From assembly GCA_964499095.1 (NCBI GenBank), contig CAZCJF010000004.1, positions 22,207 through 86,206 of the forward strand: a DNA stretch of 64,000 nucleotides, read 5' to 3'. This DNA is from an uncultured Ignavibacteriaceae bacterium. Its GTDB lineage: Bacteria > Bacteroidota > Ignavibacteria > Ignavibacteriales > Ignavibacteriaceae. A model generated the notes under the pieces. It did not search any database, was not told the origin of the DNA, and was given only the letters and a program-made list of their open reading frames with translations. A program made the translations under genes and the position numbers. Every line of letters begins with the position of its first letter. The stretch's first letter is position 1. This document shows positions 10,555-20,779 of this stretch, piece after piece.

Positions 10555-10950
10555 TTATTTCTTTAAATCCTCATCCCCAAATGCAAAAGGGAGTAATTCT
10601 GATGTTTTAAATATTTTATATTCGCCTTTGCCATTTGTGCAGATGATATCTATTTCACCACAATGATCAAAGATTATTTGTCTGCAGGCTCCACAAGGAG
10701 TAATAAAATCAGGGGAATCGCTGGCAATTGCGATTGCTTTAAACTTTCTTTCGCCTTCTGAAATTGCTTTGAAGATAGCTGTACGTTCTGCACAAATTGT
10801 TAAGCTGTATGAACTGTTTTCAATATTGCAGCCTAAGAAAATTTTATCATCTTCAGTTAACAAAGCAGCACCAACATGAAAATGCGAGTAGGAAGGATGT
10901 GCATTTGCTTTTGCTTCTATTGCTTTGTGTGTAAGTGTTTTATAATCCAT
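10555..10950 (-). CDS. cdd: Cytidine deaminase
   Basis: Zinc motifs CAERTAIF and PCGACRQ. Start at MDYKTLT gives a typical ~131 aa length. The track ORF adds 19 N-terminal codons. Confidence 0.88.
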   Translation of the reverse strand: MDYKTLTHKAIEAKANAHPSYSHFHVGAALLTEDDKIFLGCNIENSSYSLTICAERTAIFKAISEGERKFKAIAIASDSPDFITPCGACRQIIFDHCGEIDIICTNGKGEYKIFKTSELLPFAFGDEDLKK

Positions 10951-11033
10951 AATTCTGTTTGGAAAAATATTTGTAAAAAGTTTTAGTTCAAATTTCTTTA
11001 CCATCAATTAACACAAATTTTTTACGAATCGAG

Positions 11034-11918
11034 TTATTGAGAATAAGTAAAACTTTCTTTTGCCGGGAGGTTCGTGTCCCTTCTCTTTAAAGTTATATAG
11101 AACGCAGGCGTAACATATTTATTTATAAAACCATATTTATTACTTGCAAATTTTATTATAAGCCAATCTAATTTTAAAAATCTAACAACTGCAATAAGAT
11201 TAAGATGAAAGCTGCTCCAAACAATTCCTTTGTTGCCATTAAAAAGTTCTTTCACCACAAATTTTGTGTTAATATAAAAATGGAATTCTTTATCAAATAA
11301 ATCAATCAGATCGTTAATGGATAAAAGCTGGGCAATATCATCACGTTTAAAATCATCTTTGCGGAAGTATCTTAAAAAATATTTTTTAATTGATTTACGA
11401 TTTAAAATTGAAACTACCGGCAAACCAAAATGCGGATCACTGAAAAAATTCAGAACTGATAATTTATTTGGAGTGCTAAGATAAATCATTCCTTTTTGTT
11501 TCAGCACTCTTCTAATCTCATTATAAAAATTCATATGATTATCTAAATGTTCGATTACATCCTGCATGATAATTAAATCAAATGAGTTATCTGAGAAGGG
11601 AAGTTGCAGTGCATTACCATTTACCAGTTTGATTTCTTTCGTTCGGCTGTTCAGGTCAATGGAATCTTTTTGTCTTTGTAAACGAATTAAACTTAAATCG
11701 AAGCTTACAATAAAATTATTTTCTGAAAATACTTTTGCCGTGCCGCCTTCACCTGATCCTAAATCCAGGATTGATAGATGTTTTAATTCCATAAATTGTG
11801 ACAGAGCAGAATGAACTAACTTTCCTCTTTCTAATGATAGTTCTCGCGCACGTTTCCATTTCTTGTAATTTGGATGAGTTTCATTTAGCCATACGGGGGA
11901 ATCAGAGATCATTTCCAT
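11034..11918 (-). CDS. Class I SAM-dependent methyltransferase
   Basis: Motif I ILDLGSGEGGTA and a post-I acidic residue (SFDLS). Overlaps the GT2 stop. An alternative start at 11912 gives a canonical ATGA overlap. Confidence 0.75.
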   Translation of the reverse strand: MEMISDSPVWLNETHPNYKKWKRARELSLERGKLVHSALSQFMELKHLSILDLGSGEGGTAKVFSENNFIVSFDLSLIRLQRQKDSIDLNSRTKEIKLVNGNALQLPFSDNSFDLIIMQDVIEHLDNHMNFYNEIRRVLKQKGMIYLSTPNKLSVLNFFSDPHFGLPVVSILNRKSIKKYFLRYFRKDDFKRDDIAQLLSINDLIDLFDKEFHFYINTKFVVKELFNGNKGIVWSSFHLNLIAVVRFLKLDWLIIKFASNKYGFINKYVTPAFYITLKRRDTNLPAKESFTYSQ

Positions 11919-13000
11919 TCGACTTTAGTAGAAAATGATTTTATGAAGTTTATGACGAGAAAAATTTCATGCAATATCTGCAGATAAACTATCTTCAATA
12001 TTCCAAACGAATGACCAAGTTCTTTTTGATACCTTATTACTATAAAGAAATCAAAAATGATTTTTGCAGCAAAAGGCAGAGCAAACAAAGGCGATAAGAA
12101 AATTAATAGAATTGAAATCAGGCTGATAATATTTATCAAATGCCAGGAAGCAAGAAATATTTTTTGCTTAAACAAATAGTGAAAAGACGTTTTTAAATGT
12201 CTCGTCTTTTGCAAGAAATATTCATCAAAAGTTGCAGGGGAATCTGAAAAAACAAATGCCTCCTGATCGATTAAAGTGCCGATTAGCATTTTGTTTTTTA
12301 CTGCTTCACGTAAAAGTAAATCGTCATCGCCTGAAATTGTTTGTGTAGTGTTAGAATATCCACCAACTCTCTCAAAAAATTTTTTTCTGAATGCAAAGCT
12401 GCGTGCTGCAGCCGAATAAGGAATATTTAACCCTACGGCGGCGATAGTTAAATATGTGTTTCTAAGATTTTCAAATGATGAAAGTTTTTGAACAATCTTT
12501 TTATCGGATTTAATCGGAGCAACTCCAAAAACAAAATCATAGCCTTCATCCAATTTCCCTGCAACTGCTTTTAGCCAATTTACTTCTGGCTTGCAATCTG
12601 CATCGGTAATTACAATAAAATTGTAAGAAGCATTTTCAATCCCGATTTGTAACGCACCTCGTTTACCTTCAAATTTTTTTTGATCAGCTTTTAATAATCT
12701 ATAATTCTTTTTACCTGCAATCTCAGATTGAAGTAAATTATTAGTGTTATCGCTTGAATTATCATCGACAAATATTACTTCATAATTTTCTTCCGGATAA
12801 TCCAATTTTGATAATGAATCCAAAAGTTGGATAACATTTTTTTCTTCATTCTTTGCAGCAATAATAACGGATAACTTTAAGTGGGTTTTGTGAAATGTAT
12901 GCAGCTGTTTTTTTAATTCAAACTTGTAACCATTGTAAATGTACATGGCAAACAACAGGAAAGCAAAAGCAATAAAATAGATAAAGTGTATTAGTTCCAT
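11909..13000 (-). CDS. Membrane-bound family 2 glycosyltransferase (lipid-type architecture)
   Basis: N-terminal TM. GT2 core VIIAAKNEE...VIFVDDNSSDNT, DXD-like TDAD, GDDDLLL, a QxxRW-like QKTRH, and several C-terminal TM helices. Confidence 0.8.
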   Translation of the reverse strand: MELIHFIYFIAFAFLLFAMYIYNGYKFELKKQLHTFHKTHLKLSVIIAAKNEEKNVIQLLDSLSKLDYPEENYEVIFVDDNSSDNTNNLLQSEIAGKKNYRLLKADQKKFEGKRGALQIGIENASYNFIVITDADCKPEVNWLKAVAGKLDEGYDFVFGVAPIKSDKKIVQKLSSFENLRNTYLTIAAVGLNIPYSAAARSFAFRKKFFERVGGYSNTTQTISGDDDLLLREAVKNKMLIGTLIDQEAFVFSDSPATFDEYFLQKTRHLKTSFHYLFKQKIFLASWHLINIISLISILLIFLSPLFALPFAAKIIFDFFIVIRYQKELGHSFGILKIVYLQILHEIFLVINFIKSFSTKVEWK

Positions 13001-13009
13001 AGCGGTAAT

Positions 13010-15001
13010 CTACTCCTCTAACAACCAGCCTTCCGCCAAATAAGGAGTAATATCAGAAATAAATCGTGATGGCTTTGAAAGAGTTCTTCCTGCTTCACGA
13101 TCGTAAAGATTCATCGGATAAGTTACAAACAAATTGTTTTTTGCACGTGTTGATGCAACGTACATAAGTCTTCTTTCTTCTTCCAGATTTTCAAGTTTTT
13201 CAACGGCACGTGCAGAAGGGAAGTAACCTTCAACAGCGTGAATTATAAAAACAGAATGCCATTCCAATCCCTTTGCCGAGTGTATTGTTGAAAGTGTAAC
13301 ATATTCTTCTTCCTTGTCAGTTGCATCTACATCGACAACACTTTCAATTATTGGTTCAATCGCCATATCAGAGAGAAGAGTATCAACTGATGAATAATTT
13401 TCAACAATATTCTGGAAAATTTCTAAATCTTTCTTTCGTTTATTCCAGTCATCATAGTTTGCTTTGAACAGGTCGTAATAGTAATCATAAACTCTTTGAA
13501 CCATTTCTGAAGGAAGCATTTTCTTCTTTTGCAGTTCGAATAAAAGATAGAATAACGGACCGAGTTTATGATGCTTGAATTCAGGTTGCTGATCAGGTTC
13601 TGATTTAATTGTTATTCGTGCTGTGGCAAGCTCATCTAAAATTCTTTGTGCGGTTTTCGGTCCAACTCCTTCGTGTAAAAGTAAAACTCTGTACCAGCTA
13701 ACAACATCTTTTGGGTTAACTGCAATTCTTAAAAATGCCATTACATCCTTAACGTGTGCTGTTTCAACAAACTTCATCCCGCCAAATTTTTGAAATGGAA
13801 TGTTTGCCTTCGCAAGTTCAAGTTCAAGATCAAATGAAAAGAAAGATGAACGAAAAAGAACAGCAATATCACGTAAAGGAACACCTTCTTCTCTAAGGTC
13901 AAGAATTTTTTCAACAATAAATTTTGATTGCAGATTATCAGTTGAAGCTGCAACAATATTTGGTAATTGCCCGCTGCCACGCTTTGTATAAAGTTCCTTC
14001 TTGTATTTTTCAATCGCTGCATCGTTAATTCTATTTGCAAAATCCAGTATTGATTGAACACTTCTGTAATTTTCTTCAAGCTTAATGATTTTAACATCAT
14101 CAAACAGTTTGGGAAACTCCATGATGTTATGAAAATCAGCACCGCGAAAAGAATAAATTGATTGCGAATCATCTCCGACAACCATTACATTTTTGCTGTA
14201 TTGCGCTAAACCTTTTACAATCTCAGCCTGCAAATGATTTGTATCCTGATACTCATCCACCATAACAAATTTAATTTCTGATATTAAAGCCTTTGCAGCG
14301 GCTCCACCTTTGAACAGGAATTCACGCAGATAAATCAATAAATCATCGTAATCGAGCAGATTATTTTTGCGTTTGTAATCAATATAGATTTTTTGAATCT
14401 CTAAAATTTTATCAAGCAAGGGAAGAAAATGCGGGTAATCTTCTTCAATTATTTCCTCAACTTTTCTTACTGTGTTAACGCTTAGGCTGTAAACTTTATT
14501 AAGAGTTTGTTTGTTAGGAAATCTTTTTTCTTTTGTGATAAATCCATCCTGCGAACGGATAAGATTTATTATATCTTCGCTGTCTCCCTGGTCAAGAATT
14601 GTAAATGACGAATCCAACCCGATTGCTTTTGCATATTTTCTAAGAGTAATATTAGCAAAAGAATGAAATGTTCCGCCTCTTATTTTTGAGCATCTGTCGT
14701 CAAGCAGCATTGATGCACGTTTCATCATTTCATTAGCTGCTTTTCGGGTGAAAGTGAGTAGCAAAATTGAATTTGGATCGTATCCGAGTTCAATTAATCT
14801 TGCCACGCGATAAACAAGCGTTCGTGTTTTCCCTGTTCCTGCACCTGCAATGATTAAGTAACATCCTTCAACAGCAGAAGCAGCTTCAAACTGAGATGCG
14901 TTTAACTCTTCCCTGTAATTAATTGTAAAACGGGTCTCGTCATTTATCTGAGCAAGACCCGTTTGTGAAATCCTTTTAAGCTTATATTTTTTTTGATTCA
15001 T
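13010..15001 (-). CDS. UvrD/PcrA/Rep-family ATP-dependent DNA helicase
   Basis: 663 aa. Walker A AGAGTGKT, DEYQDT, VGDDSQSIYSFRGA, and C-terminal TIHSAKGLEW...YVASTRA. Confidence 0.9.
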   Translation of the reverse strand: MNQKKYKLKRISQTGLAQINDETRFTINYREELNASQFEAASAVEGCYLIIAGAGTGKTRTLVYRVARLIELGYDPNSILLLTFTRKAANEMMKRASMLLDDRCSKIRGGTFHSFANITLRKYAKAIGLDSSFTILDQGDSEDIINLIRSQDGFITKEKRFPNKQTLNKVYSLSVNTVRKVEEIIEEDYPHFLPLLDKILEIQKIYIDYKRKNNLLDYDDLLIYLREFLFKGGAAAKALISEIKFVMVDEYQDTNHLQAEIVKGLAQYSKNVMVVGDDSQSIYSFRGADFHNIMEFPKLFDDVKIIKLEENYRSVQSILDFANRINDAAIEKYKKELYTKRGSGQLPNIVAASTDNLQSKFIVEKILDLREEGVPLRDIAVLFRSSFFSFDLELELAKANIPFQKFGGMKFVETAHVKDVMAFLRIAVNPKDVVSWYRVLLLHEGVGPKTAQRILDELATARITIKSEPDQQPEFKHHKLGPLFYLLFELQKKKMLPSEMVQRVYDYYYDLFKANYDDWNKRKKDLEIFQNIVENYSSVDTLLSDMAIEPIIESVVDVDATDKEEEYVTLSTIHSAKGLEWHSVFIIHAVEGYFPSARAVEKLENLEEERRLMYVASTRAKNNLFVTYPMNLYDREAGRTLSKPSRFISDITPYLAEGWLLEE

Positions 15002-15606
15002 CTACGCAGTGCTTTTGGCTTGCCTAAAATTTCTGAAAATAAAATATACTCTCTAACAGTTCTGGGGTTTTTTAATTTTCGATTAAATTCAGTGATCGCT
15101 TGCCTTTGCAAACGCGGACCCGCCAATACTTTTTCAAATTCTTTTGCACCCGCTTCAATTTTAGGATCAATTTTTCTTACTGGTCTGCCCGAAGCAGTTT
15201 TTCTATCCGCAATTGTTTCATCATAAGTAGCTCTGTAGCCAAGTGGATTTTTATCCTGTACTTCGCGCTGCATTCTACTGTCAACTTGTTTATCATAATC
15301 CTTATCTTTTATCTCTCGTGATTTATAAACATCTTCGAGAACAGGTGGACTTGGTTTTGGCTGTTCAGGTACTTTAATCTCACCTTTGAAGAGATTCTCC
15401 AGTTCACGAAGAATATCATAATCATCATTTTTTTGTGAGGATGCAAAATCTTCACCGGTATCTTGCTGAGAAACAGTTACAGGGCGCTCCGGTTGTTGTG
15501 TTCTCGATACGGGTTTTTGCTTCGGAGGCTCTTTCTTTTTGAGGAAAGAGCTTAAGAAGCTAAAAATTATGATACCCCAAATCAGATATTGAAATAAATC
15601 ATCCAT
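14998..15606 (-). CDS. Hypothetical membrane-anchored, charged/Pro-rich protein
   Basis: Start at [21 protein letters not shown] (one TM helix), then a low-complexity region. Overlaps the floA stop by 8 nt and the helicase start by 4 nt (ATGA). No family recognised. Confidence 0.55.
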   Translation of the reverse strand: MDDLFQYLIWGIIIFSFLSSFLKKKEPPKQKPVSRTQQPERPVTVSQQDTGEDFASSQKNDDYDILRELENLFKGEIKVPEQPKPSPPVLEDVYKSREIKDKDYDKQVDSRMQREVQDKNPLGYRATYDETIADRKTASGRPVRKIDPKIEAGAKEFEKVLAGPRLQRQAITEFNRKLKNPRTVREYILFSEILGKPKALRR

Positions 15607-16588
15607 CAGATTTCTTCTTCTCTTCTGGTTGTGCAATTGAGGTTCTCATCTCTGTATCTGCCTGAATGTTTCGCAGATTATAGTAATCCATAACACCAAG
15701 CTTGCCGTTTCTAAATGCGTCAGCAATTGCTCTTGGAACTTCTGCTTCAGCTTCAACAACTTTTGCTCTTTGCTTGGCAACCTCTGCAATATTTTCCTGC
15801 TCACTTGCAACAGCTGCAGCGCGTCTTTCCTCAGCTTTTGCTCGTGCAACTTTAAGATCAGCTTCTGCCTGATCTGTTTGCAAAATTGCTCCAATGTTTT
15901 GACCAATGTCAACATCCGCAATATCGATTGAAAGAATTTCGAATGCAGTTCCACTATCTAATCCTTTAGCTAAAACTGATTTGGAAATTCTATCGGGATT
16001 CTCTAAAACTTCTTTGTGAGAAAGACTCGAACCAATAGTTGAAACAATACCTTCTCCAACTCTGGCAAGAATTGTAGCTTCACCTGCACCACCAACTAGT
16101 CTTTCAATATTTGCACGCACAGTAACTCTTGCAATAGCTTTAAGCTGAATTCCATCTTTTGCAACAGCAGCTACCATCGGGGTTTCAATAACTTTAGGAA
16201 CAACAGACATCTTTACTGCTTCAAGTACGTCTCTTCCTGCAAGATCAATTGCAGTGGCTCGCTCAAAAGTTAATCCAAGATTTGCTTTATCTGCAGAGAT
16301 AAGTGCGTTAATTACTTTTGTTACATTTCCTCCCGCAAGATAGTGAGCTTCAAGTCTTGCCTGATCAACTGTTAAACCTGCTTTAGTTGCTGTAATCATA
16401 TTACGAACAATTAGTACGGGCGGCACCTTTCTTAATCTCATTCCAATAAGATCTCTTACTATTTTTACTCTTACTCCCGAAAAGTAAGCAGTGATAAATA
16501 ATCCTAGCGGAACAAAGTAAAGAAAAAGAAAGAGCAGTAATATTACCGCAATAATAATTACAATTGACAATCCTGTTAATGCTTCCAT
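15599..16588 (-). CDS. floA: Flotillin-like protein FloA (YqfA/UPF0365 family)
   Basis: 329 aa. N-terminal membrane hairpin, then YFSGVRVKI...[15 protein letters not shown]-like core, and an Ala/Glu-rich coiled coil ([19 protein letters not shown]). Confidence 0.85.
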   Translation of the reverse strand: MEALTGLSIVIIIAVILLLFLFLYFVPLGLFITAYFSGVRVKIVRDLIGMRLRKVPPVLIVRNMITATKAGLTVDQARLEAHYLAGGNVTKVINALISADKANLGLTFERATAIDLAGRDVLEAVKMSVVPKVIETPMVAAVAKDGIQLKAIARVTVRANIERLVGGAGEATILARVGEGIVSTIGSSLSHKEVLENPDRISKSVLAKGLDSGTAFEILSIDIADVDIGQNIGAILQTDQAEADLKVARAKAEERRAAAVASEQENIAEVAKQRAKVVEAEAEVPRAIADAFRNGKLGVMDYYNLRNIQADTEMRTSIAQPEEKKKSDG

Positions 16589-16802
16589 TTTTTCTCCAAA
16601 TATTTCTGATTTTAATTTTTTGTAGATAGAAAATACTCAAATTAAAATTCATTTTCCTTGTTAAAAGATATTAAAAAGGAAATAATGTCTTATAAATGAG
16701 ACTTTCTGATTCTCAACCGGATAATTTGACTTATAAACTACTTTACTCTGCTCGGGTTAAAATAATTCTCTTAAAAAATTCATCAAATTAAACTAACTTT
16801 AG

Positions 16803-16817
16803 TGGCACCGATTTTGA
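16803..16817 (+). promoter_or_regulatory. Sigma-54-like -24/-12 element upstream of clpC
   Basis: TGGCACcgattTTGA has the correct GG-to-TTG spacing versus the TGGCACG-N4-TTGCW consensus, but A replaces the conserved C of the -12 GC. It lies ~110 nt upstream of the clpC ATG. Confidence 0.3.
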
Positions 16818-16829
16818 ACTTCTGCAGGC

Positions 16830-16858
16830 TTGATTGCGTAAATTCGTTAGTATATATT
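16830..16858 (+). promoter_or_regulatory. Sigma-70-like promoter upstream of clpC
   Basis: TTGATT, 17 nt, TATATT. The element ends ~68 nt upstream of the clpC ATG. Confidence 0.4.
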
Positions 16859-16926
16859 ACAATTAAGAAACAAATCATTAAAAAGTTTTGTTTGCAATAA
16901 AAAGTAACCAAAAGGATTAAAAATAT

Positions 16927-19431
16927 ATGGATGGAAATTTTTCAGATAGATTACAGGATGTAATCAGACTGAGCAGAGAAGAAGCTTTAAGACTCGGACA
17001 CGACTATATCGGGACGGAACATCTGCTGTTAGGTATTATAAGAGAAGGACAAGGAGTTGCAATCAGAATTTTACGTAATCTTGATTGCGATTTAATGAAA
17101 CTTAAAAAAGCTATCGAAGATACAGTAAGAACTTCCGGCGGTACTTTAACGATCGGAAATATTCCTTTAACTAAACAAGCCGAAAAAGTTTTAAAGATAA
17201 CCCAGATTGAATCTAAAATTTATAAAGCTGATGTTATCGGAACTGAACATCTTTTGCTTTCGCTTTTAAGAGATGAAGATAACATTGCTACTCAAATTCT
17301 TCATCAGTTCAATGTTACTTATGATTCTGCAAGATCAGAACTGAATGCGATGCTAAGTGCTAAAAATCCGAAGGAATCATCCCAAAAATCTCCTGCTCCG
17401 GATAAAAAAGCAGAGAAAACAAAAACGCCTGTACTTGATAATTTTGGGCGCGATCTTACAAAGCTTGCAATGGAAGATAAACTCGATCCTGTTGTTGGAA
17501 GAGAAAAAGAAATTGAGAGAGTTGCTCAGATTTTAAGCAGAAGAAAGAAAAATAATCCTGTTTTAATAGGCGAACCCGGAGTCGGAAAAACTGCAATTGC
17601 AGAAGGGCTTGCTCTTAGAATTGTTCAGAAAAAGGTGCCAAGAACTTTACAGGATAAAAGAGTTGTTACATTAGATCTTGCGGGACTGGTAGCAGGAACA
17701 AAATACCGCGGTCAGTTTGAAGAAAGAATGAAAGCATTAATGAATGAACTTGAAAAAGCAGAAGATGTGATTCTATTCATTGATGAACTTCACACTATTG
17801 TTGGTGCAGGTGGTGCTTCCGGCTCACTTGATGCTTCAAATATGTTTAAACCTGCATTAGCAAGAGGAGATATTCAGTGCATCGGTGCAACAACGCTGGA
17901 TGAATACAGAAAATATATTGAAACTGATGGTGCACTTGATCGACGTTTCCAAAAAGTAATGGTTGATCCGCCAACTTATGAAGAGACTCTTCAGATTCTT
18001 GATAACATAAAATTCAAGTACGAAGAGCATCATCACGTAAGATATTCTAAAGAAGCTATTGAAACAGCAGTAAAGCTTAGTAACCGTTACATCACTGATC
18101 GTCATCTTCCGGATAAAGCAATTGATGTAATTGATGAAGCCGGATCAAGAGTGCATATGGGCAATTTTGAAGTTCCCCAGGAAATACTTGTGCTTGAAGA
18201 AGAAATCGAAGCTGTTAAAAAAGAAAAAGCTCGTGTTGTTAAAATGCAGGATTATGAAGAAGCAGCCAGACTTCGCGATAAAGAAAGAAATCTGCTTTCG
18301 GATCTTGAAACGGCTAAACGCGAGTGGGATCAGAAAACAAAAGATATTGTGCATGACGTAACTGAAGATGACATTGCAACTGTTGTCGCCATGATGACCG
18401 GAATCCCTGTAAACAGAATAGCTCAAACTGAATCCGAAAAACTTTTAAAGATGGAAGATGCTTTAAAGCAATCCATTGTTGGACAGGATGAAGCAGTTCA
18501 GAAACTTACAAAAGCTATTCGCAGAACCAGAGCCGGACTTAAAAATCCAAACAGACCGATTGGAAGTTTTATATTTTTAGGACCAACCGGCGTTGGAAAA
18601 ACAGAGCTTTGTAAAGTGCTCGCAAGATATTTATTTGATAATGAAGATGCACTAGTAAGAATTGATATGAGTGAGTATATGGAAAAGTTCTCCGTATCCC
18701 GATTAGTTGGAGCGCCTCCGGGATATGTTGGATATGAAGAAGGTGGGCAGTTAACAGAGAAGGTTCGTCGTAAACCTTACTCGGTTGTTTTATTTGATGA
18801 AATTGAAAAAGCTCATCCGGACATTTTTAGTGTGCTGCTTCAGGTTCTTGATGATGGTGTTTTGACTGATAGCCTTGGTAGAAAGGTCGATTTTAAGAAT
18901 ACTATCATTATTATGACTTCAAACGTTGGAACGAAGGATGTTAAAAATATCAGCTCCTTTGGTTTTGGTGCAGATGAACAAAAAGACCGCTACAATAATT
19001 TAAAAAACACTGTTGAAGATGCTATGAAGCGGTTATTCAATCCGGAATTTCTTAACAGAATTGATGAGACGATTGTATTCAGAAATCTTGACAGAGAAGA
19101 CATTCATAAGATTATCGAAATTGAAATAAAAGATTTGTTATCTAACATTAAAGAAAACAAACTTAGTTTAATTCTTGATGAATCCGCAAAAGAATTTCTG
19201 GTTGAAAAAGGATTTGATGAAAAATTTGGTGCACGTCCTTTACGCAGAGCAATTCAAAGATATGTAGAAGATCCGATTGCTGAAGAGATTCTTAGAGGTT
19301 CATTCAAAGAAGGAACAACTATTCTTGCCAAACACGTTGAGGGCACTGAAGAGCTAGTGTTTATTGATGAATCTTTCGATCCACCAAAAGTGAATGAGCA
19401 ACCGGAAAAATCTGATACAGGCGGAAATTAG
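16927..19431 (+). CDS. clpC: ATP-dependent Clp protease ATP-binding subunit ClpC
   Basis: 834 aa. Duplicated Clp_N repeats, two AAA+ modules ([16 protein letters not shown]), and a short UVR-like linker ([17 protein letters not shown]) rather than the long ClpB middle domain. Confidence 0.9.
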   Translation: MDGNFSDRLQDVIRLSREEALRLGHDYIGTEHLLLGIIREGQGVAIRILRNLDCDLMKLKKAIEDTVRTSGGTLTIGNIPLTKQAEKVLKITQIESKIYKADVIGTEHLLLSLLRDEDNIATQILHQFNVTYDSARSELNAMLSAKNPKESSQKSPAPDKKAEKTKTPVLDNFGRDLTKLAMEDKLDPVVGREKEIERVAQILSRRKKNNPVLIGEPGVGKTAIAEGLALRIVQKKVPRTLQDKRVVTLDLAGLVAGTKYRGQFEERMKALMNELEKAEDVILFIDELHTIVGAGGASGSLDASNMFKPALARGDIQCIGATTLDEYRKYIETDGALDRRFQKVMVDPPTYEETLQILDNIKFKYEEHHHVRYSKEAIETAVKLSNRYITDRHLPDKAIDVIDEAGSRVHMGNFEVPQEILVLEEEIEAVKKEKARVVKMQDYEEAARLRDKERNLLSDLETAKREWDQKTKDIVHDVTEDDIATVVAMMTGIPVNRIAQTESEKLLKMEDALKQSIVGQDEAVQKLTKAIRRTRAGLKNPNRPIGSFIFLGPTGVGKTELCKVLARYLFDNEDALVRIDMSEYMEKFSVSRLVGAPPGYVGYEEGGQLTEKVRRKPYSVVLFDEIEKAHPDIFSVLLQVLDDGVLTDSLGRKVDFKNTIIIMTSNVGTKDVKNISSFGFGADEQKDRYNNLKNTVEDAMKRLFNPEFLNRIDETIVFRNLDREDIHKIIEIEIKDLLSNIKENKLSLILDESAKEFLVEKGFDEKFGARPLRRAIQRYVEDPIAEEILRGSFKEGTTILAKHVEGTEELVFIDESFDPPKVNEQPEKSDTGGN

Positions 19432-19457
19432 GTTTATCATTTTATTCAACCAATCAT

Positions 19458-19487
19458 AAGCCCATTCTTTAGGATGGGCTTTTTTTT
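19458..19487 (+). terminator. Rho-independent terminator after clpC
   Basis: aagcccat-tctttagg-atgggctt followed by a T-run (tttttt). Confidence 0.8.
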
Positions 19488-19525
19488 ATGTATTTTTGAT
19501 TAGAAAAATTATTCTTCAATCAAAT

Positions 19526-19810
19526 ATGGATAAACTAAATTCCGATCAAATAAATGCCAGGCTCTCAAATCTGTCCGGATGGATTTATGAAAATCATACC
19601 ATTCAAAAACAATTTCAGTTTAAAGATTTTATTGAAGCTTTATCGTTTGTAAATGCTGTTGCAATGGAATCAGAAAAAATGGATCATCATCCGGATATTT
19701 TAATGTTTGCCTGGAATAAAGTAAAAATTAACATTTCAACTCATTCTGCCGGAGGAGTAACTGAACTCGATTTTCAGTTGGCAGCCAAAATAGAGGAGAG
19801 ATTAAAATGA
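19526..19810 (+). CDS. Pterin-4-alpha-carbinolamine dehydratase (PCD/DCoH) family protein
   Basis: Start at MDKLNSDQ. Motifs GWIYE...FQFKDF and the DHHPD signature, then ISTHSAGG. Confidence 0.8.
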   Translation: MDKLNSDQINARLSNLSGWIYENHTIQKQFQFKDFIEALSFVNAVAMESEKMDHHPDILMFAWNKVKINISTHSAGGVTELDFQLAAKIEERLK

Positions 19811-20118
19811 ATAATAAACTTGACGAGCTCTTCGAAAAATATGATGCAAATCCCTTCCATTCAGATGTAATTTTTAGTATTGTTAAAGAGTATATGAAAA
19901 ATAATATGGATGATGAAGCTGAGGAATATCTGAAAGATCTGCTGAAGAAGGACCCAAAGTATGTTCAGGCTTACATTACTTACGGAAACCTTAAAGAAAA
20001 TCTTGCTGAGGTGGAAGATGCAAGATATTATTATCAGCAAGGTTTAAAAGTTGCAAGAGAATTAAATGATCAAAAAGCTATAAGAGTTTTGGAGGATTAT
20101 CTTGATGAACTTGAATAA
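19807..20118 (+). CDS. Small helical TPR-like protein, unknown function
   Basis: 103 aa, acidic. TPR-like helices ([29 protein letters not shown]). 4-nt overlap with the PCD gene and 14-nt overlap with pyrE. Confidence 0.5.
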   Translation: MNNKLDELFEKYDANPFHSDVIFSIVKEYMKNNMDDEAEEYLKDLLKKDPKYVQAYITYGNLKENLAEVEDARYYYQQGLKVARELNDQKAIRVLEDYLDELE

Positions 20119-20689
20119 TATTGACGTTTTTAAAATCTTTAAAGAAACCGGCGCTCTTTTAGAGGGACACTTTTTGTTAACATCAGGCAGACACAGCAAT
20201 CAGTATTTTCAGTGTGCAAAAGTTTTGCAGTATCCTGATTATACTTCGGAAATCTGTTCAATTATTGCTGATCACTTCAAAGACTACACTATTGATACCG
20301 TCATTGCTCCTGCAATGGGCGGGATGATTGTTGGTTATGAAGTAGCACGACAGCTAAACAAAAGATCAATCTTTACAGAAAGAGAAAATAAAGAGATGAC
20401 ATTACGCCGCGGATTTTCTCTTGCAAAAGGTGAAAAAGTTTTGGTCTGCGAAGATGTTATCACTACTGGCGGTTCAGTTAAAGAAGTAATTGAGATTGTA
20501 AAAAAATCCGGTGCAGAAGTGATTGGTGTTGCAAGCATTGTTGATAGAAGTAATGGCAAAGTGGATTTCGGCTATCCGCTTTTCAGCACACTTAAACTTG
20601 ATGTTATTTCTTATGAAGCAGATAATTGTAATATCTGTAAAGAAGGTAAAATCGATTTAGTTAAACCCGGCTCCAGAAAAGTTTTTTAA
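20105..20689 (+). CDS. pyrE: Orotate phosphoribosyltransferase
   Basis: ATG at 20105, one codon inside the track [16 protein letters not shown] and the PRPP-binding loop [13 protein letters not shown]. Confidence 0.88.
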   Translation: MNLNNIDVFKIFKETGALLEGHFLLTSGRHSNQYFQCAKVLQYPDYTSEICSIIADHFKDYTIDTVIAPAMGGMIVGYEVARQLNKRSIFTERENKEMTLRRGFSLAKGEKVLVCEDVITTGGSVKEVIEIVKKSGAEVIGVASIVDRSNGKVDFGYPLFSTLKLDVISYEADNCNICKEGKIDLVKPGSRKVF

Positions 20690-20714
20690 TTAACAATTAT
20701 AATTAACACTTGAT

Positions 20715-20779
20715 GTCACACAGAGCCTGTCGAAGTGTGACTAATATTTAATTATCAGTCTCTGGCAGGCTCAGACTGA
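20715..20779 (+). other. Two adjacent GC-rich hairpins with mutually complementary loops (structured element or REP-like)
   Basis: Hairpin 1: gtcacac (20715-21) pairs with gtgtgac (20735-41). Hairpin 2: tcagtct (20755-61) pairs with agactga (20773-79). Loop 1 gagcctg (20723-29) is the exact reverse complement of loop 2 caggctc (20766-72). No T-run follows. Confidence 0.45.

Noticed and set aside
13774-14181. 135-aa ORF inside the helicase gene, same strand but a different frame. Similar long embedded or antisense ORFs occur at 3407..3742, 21830..22291, 25476..25916, 31506..31892, 44678..45115 and 48206..48559.
   Set aside because: All lie wholly or mostly inside genes with strong motif support. 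Their translations are low-complexity or hydrophobic without motifs. None has a convincing RBS. Stop-depleted alternative frames are expected opposite or within strongly biased coding sequence.
16589-16926. CtsR operator (GGTCAAA direct repeats) or CIRCE inverted repeat upstream of clpC.
   Set aside because: Neither motif is present in the 338-bp region on either strand.
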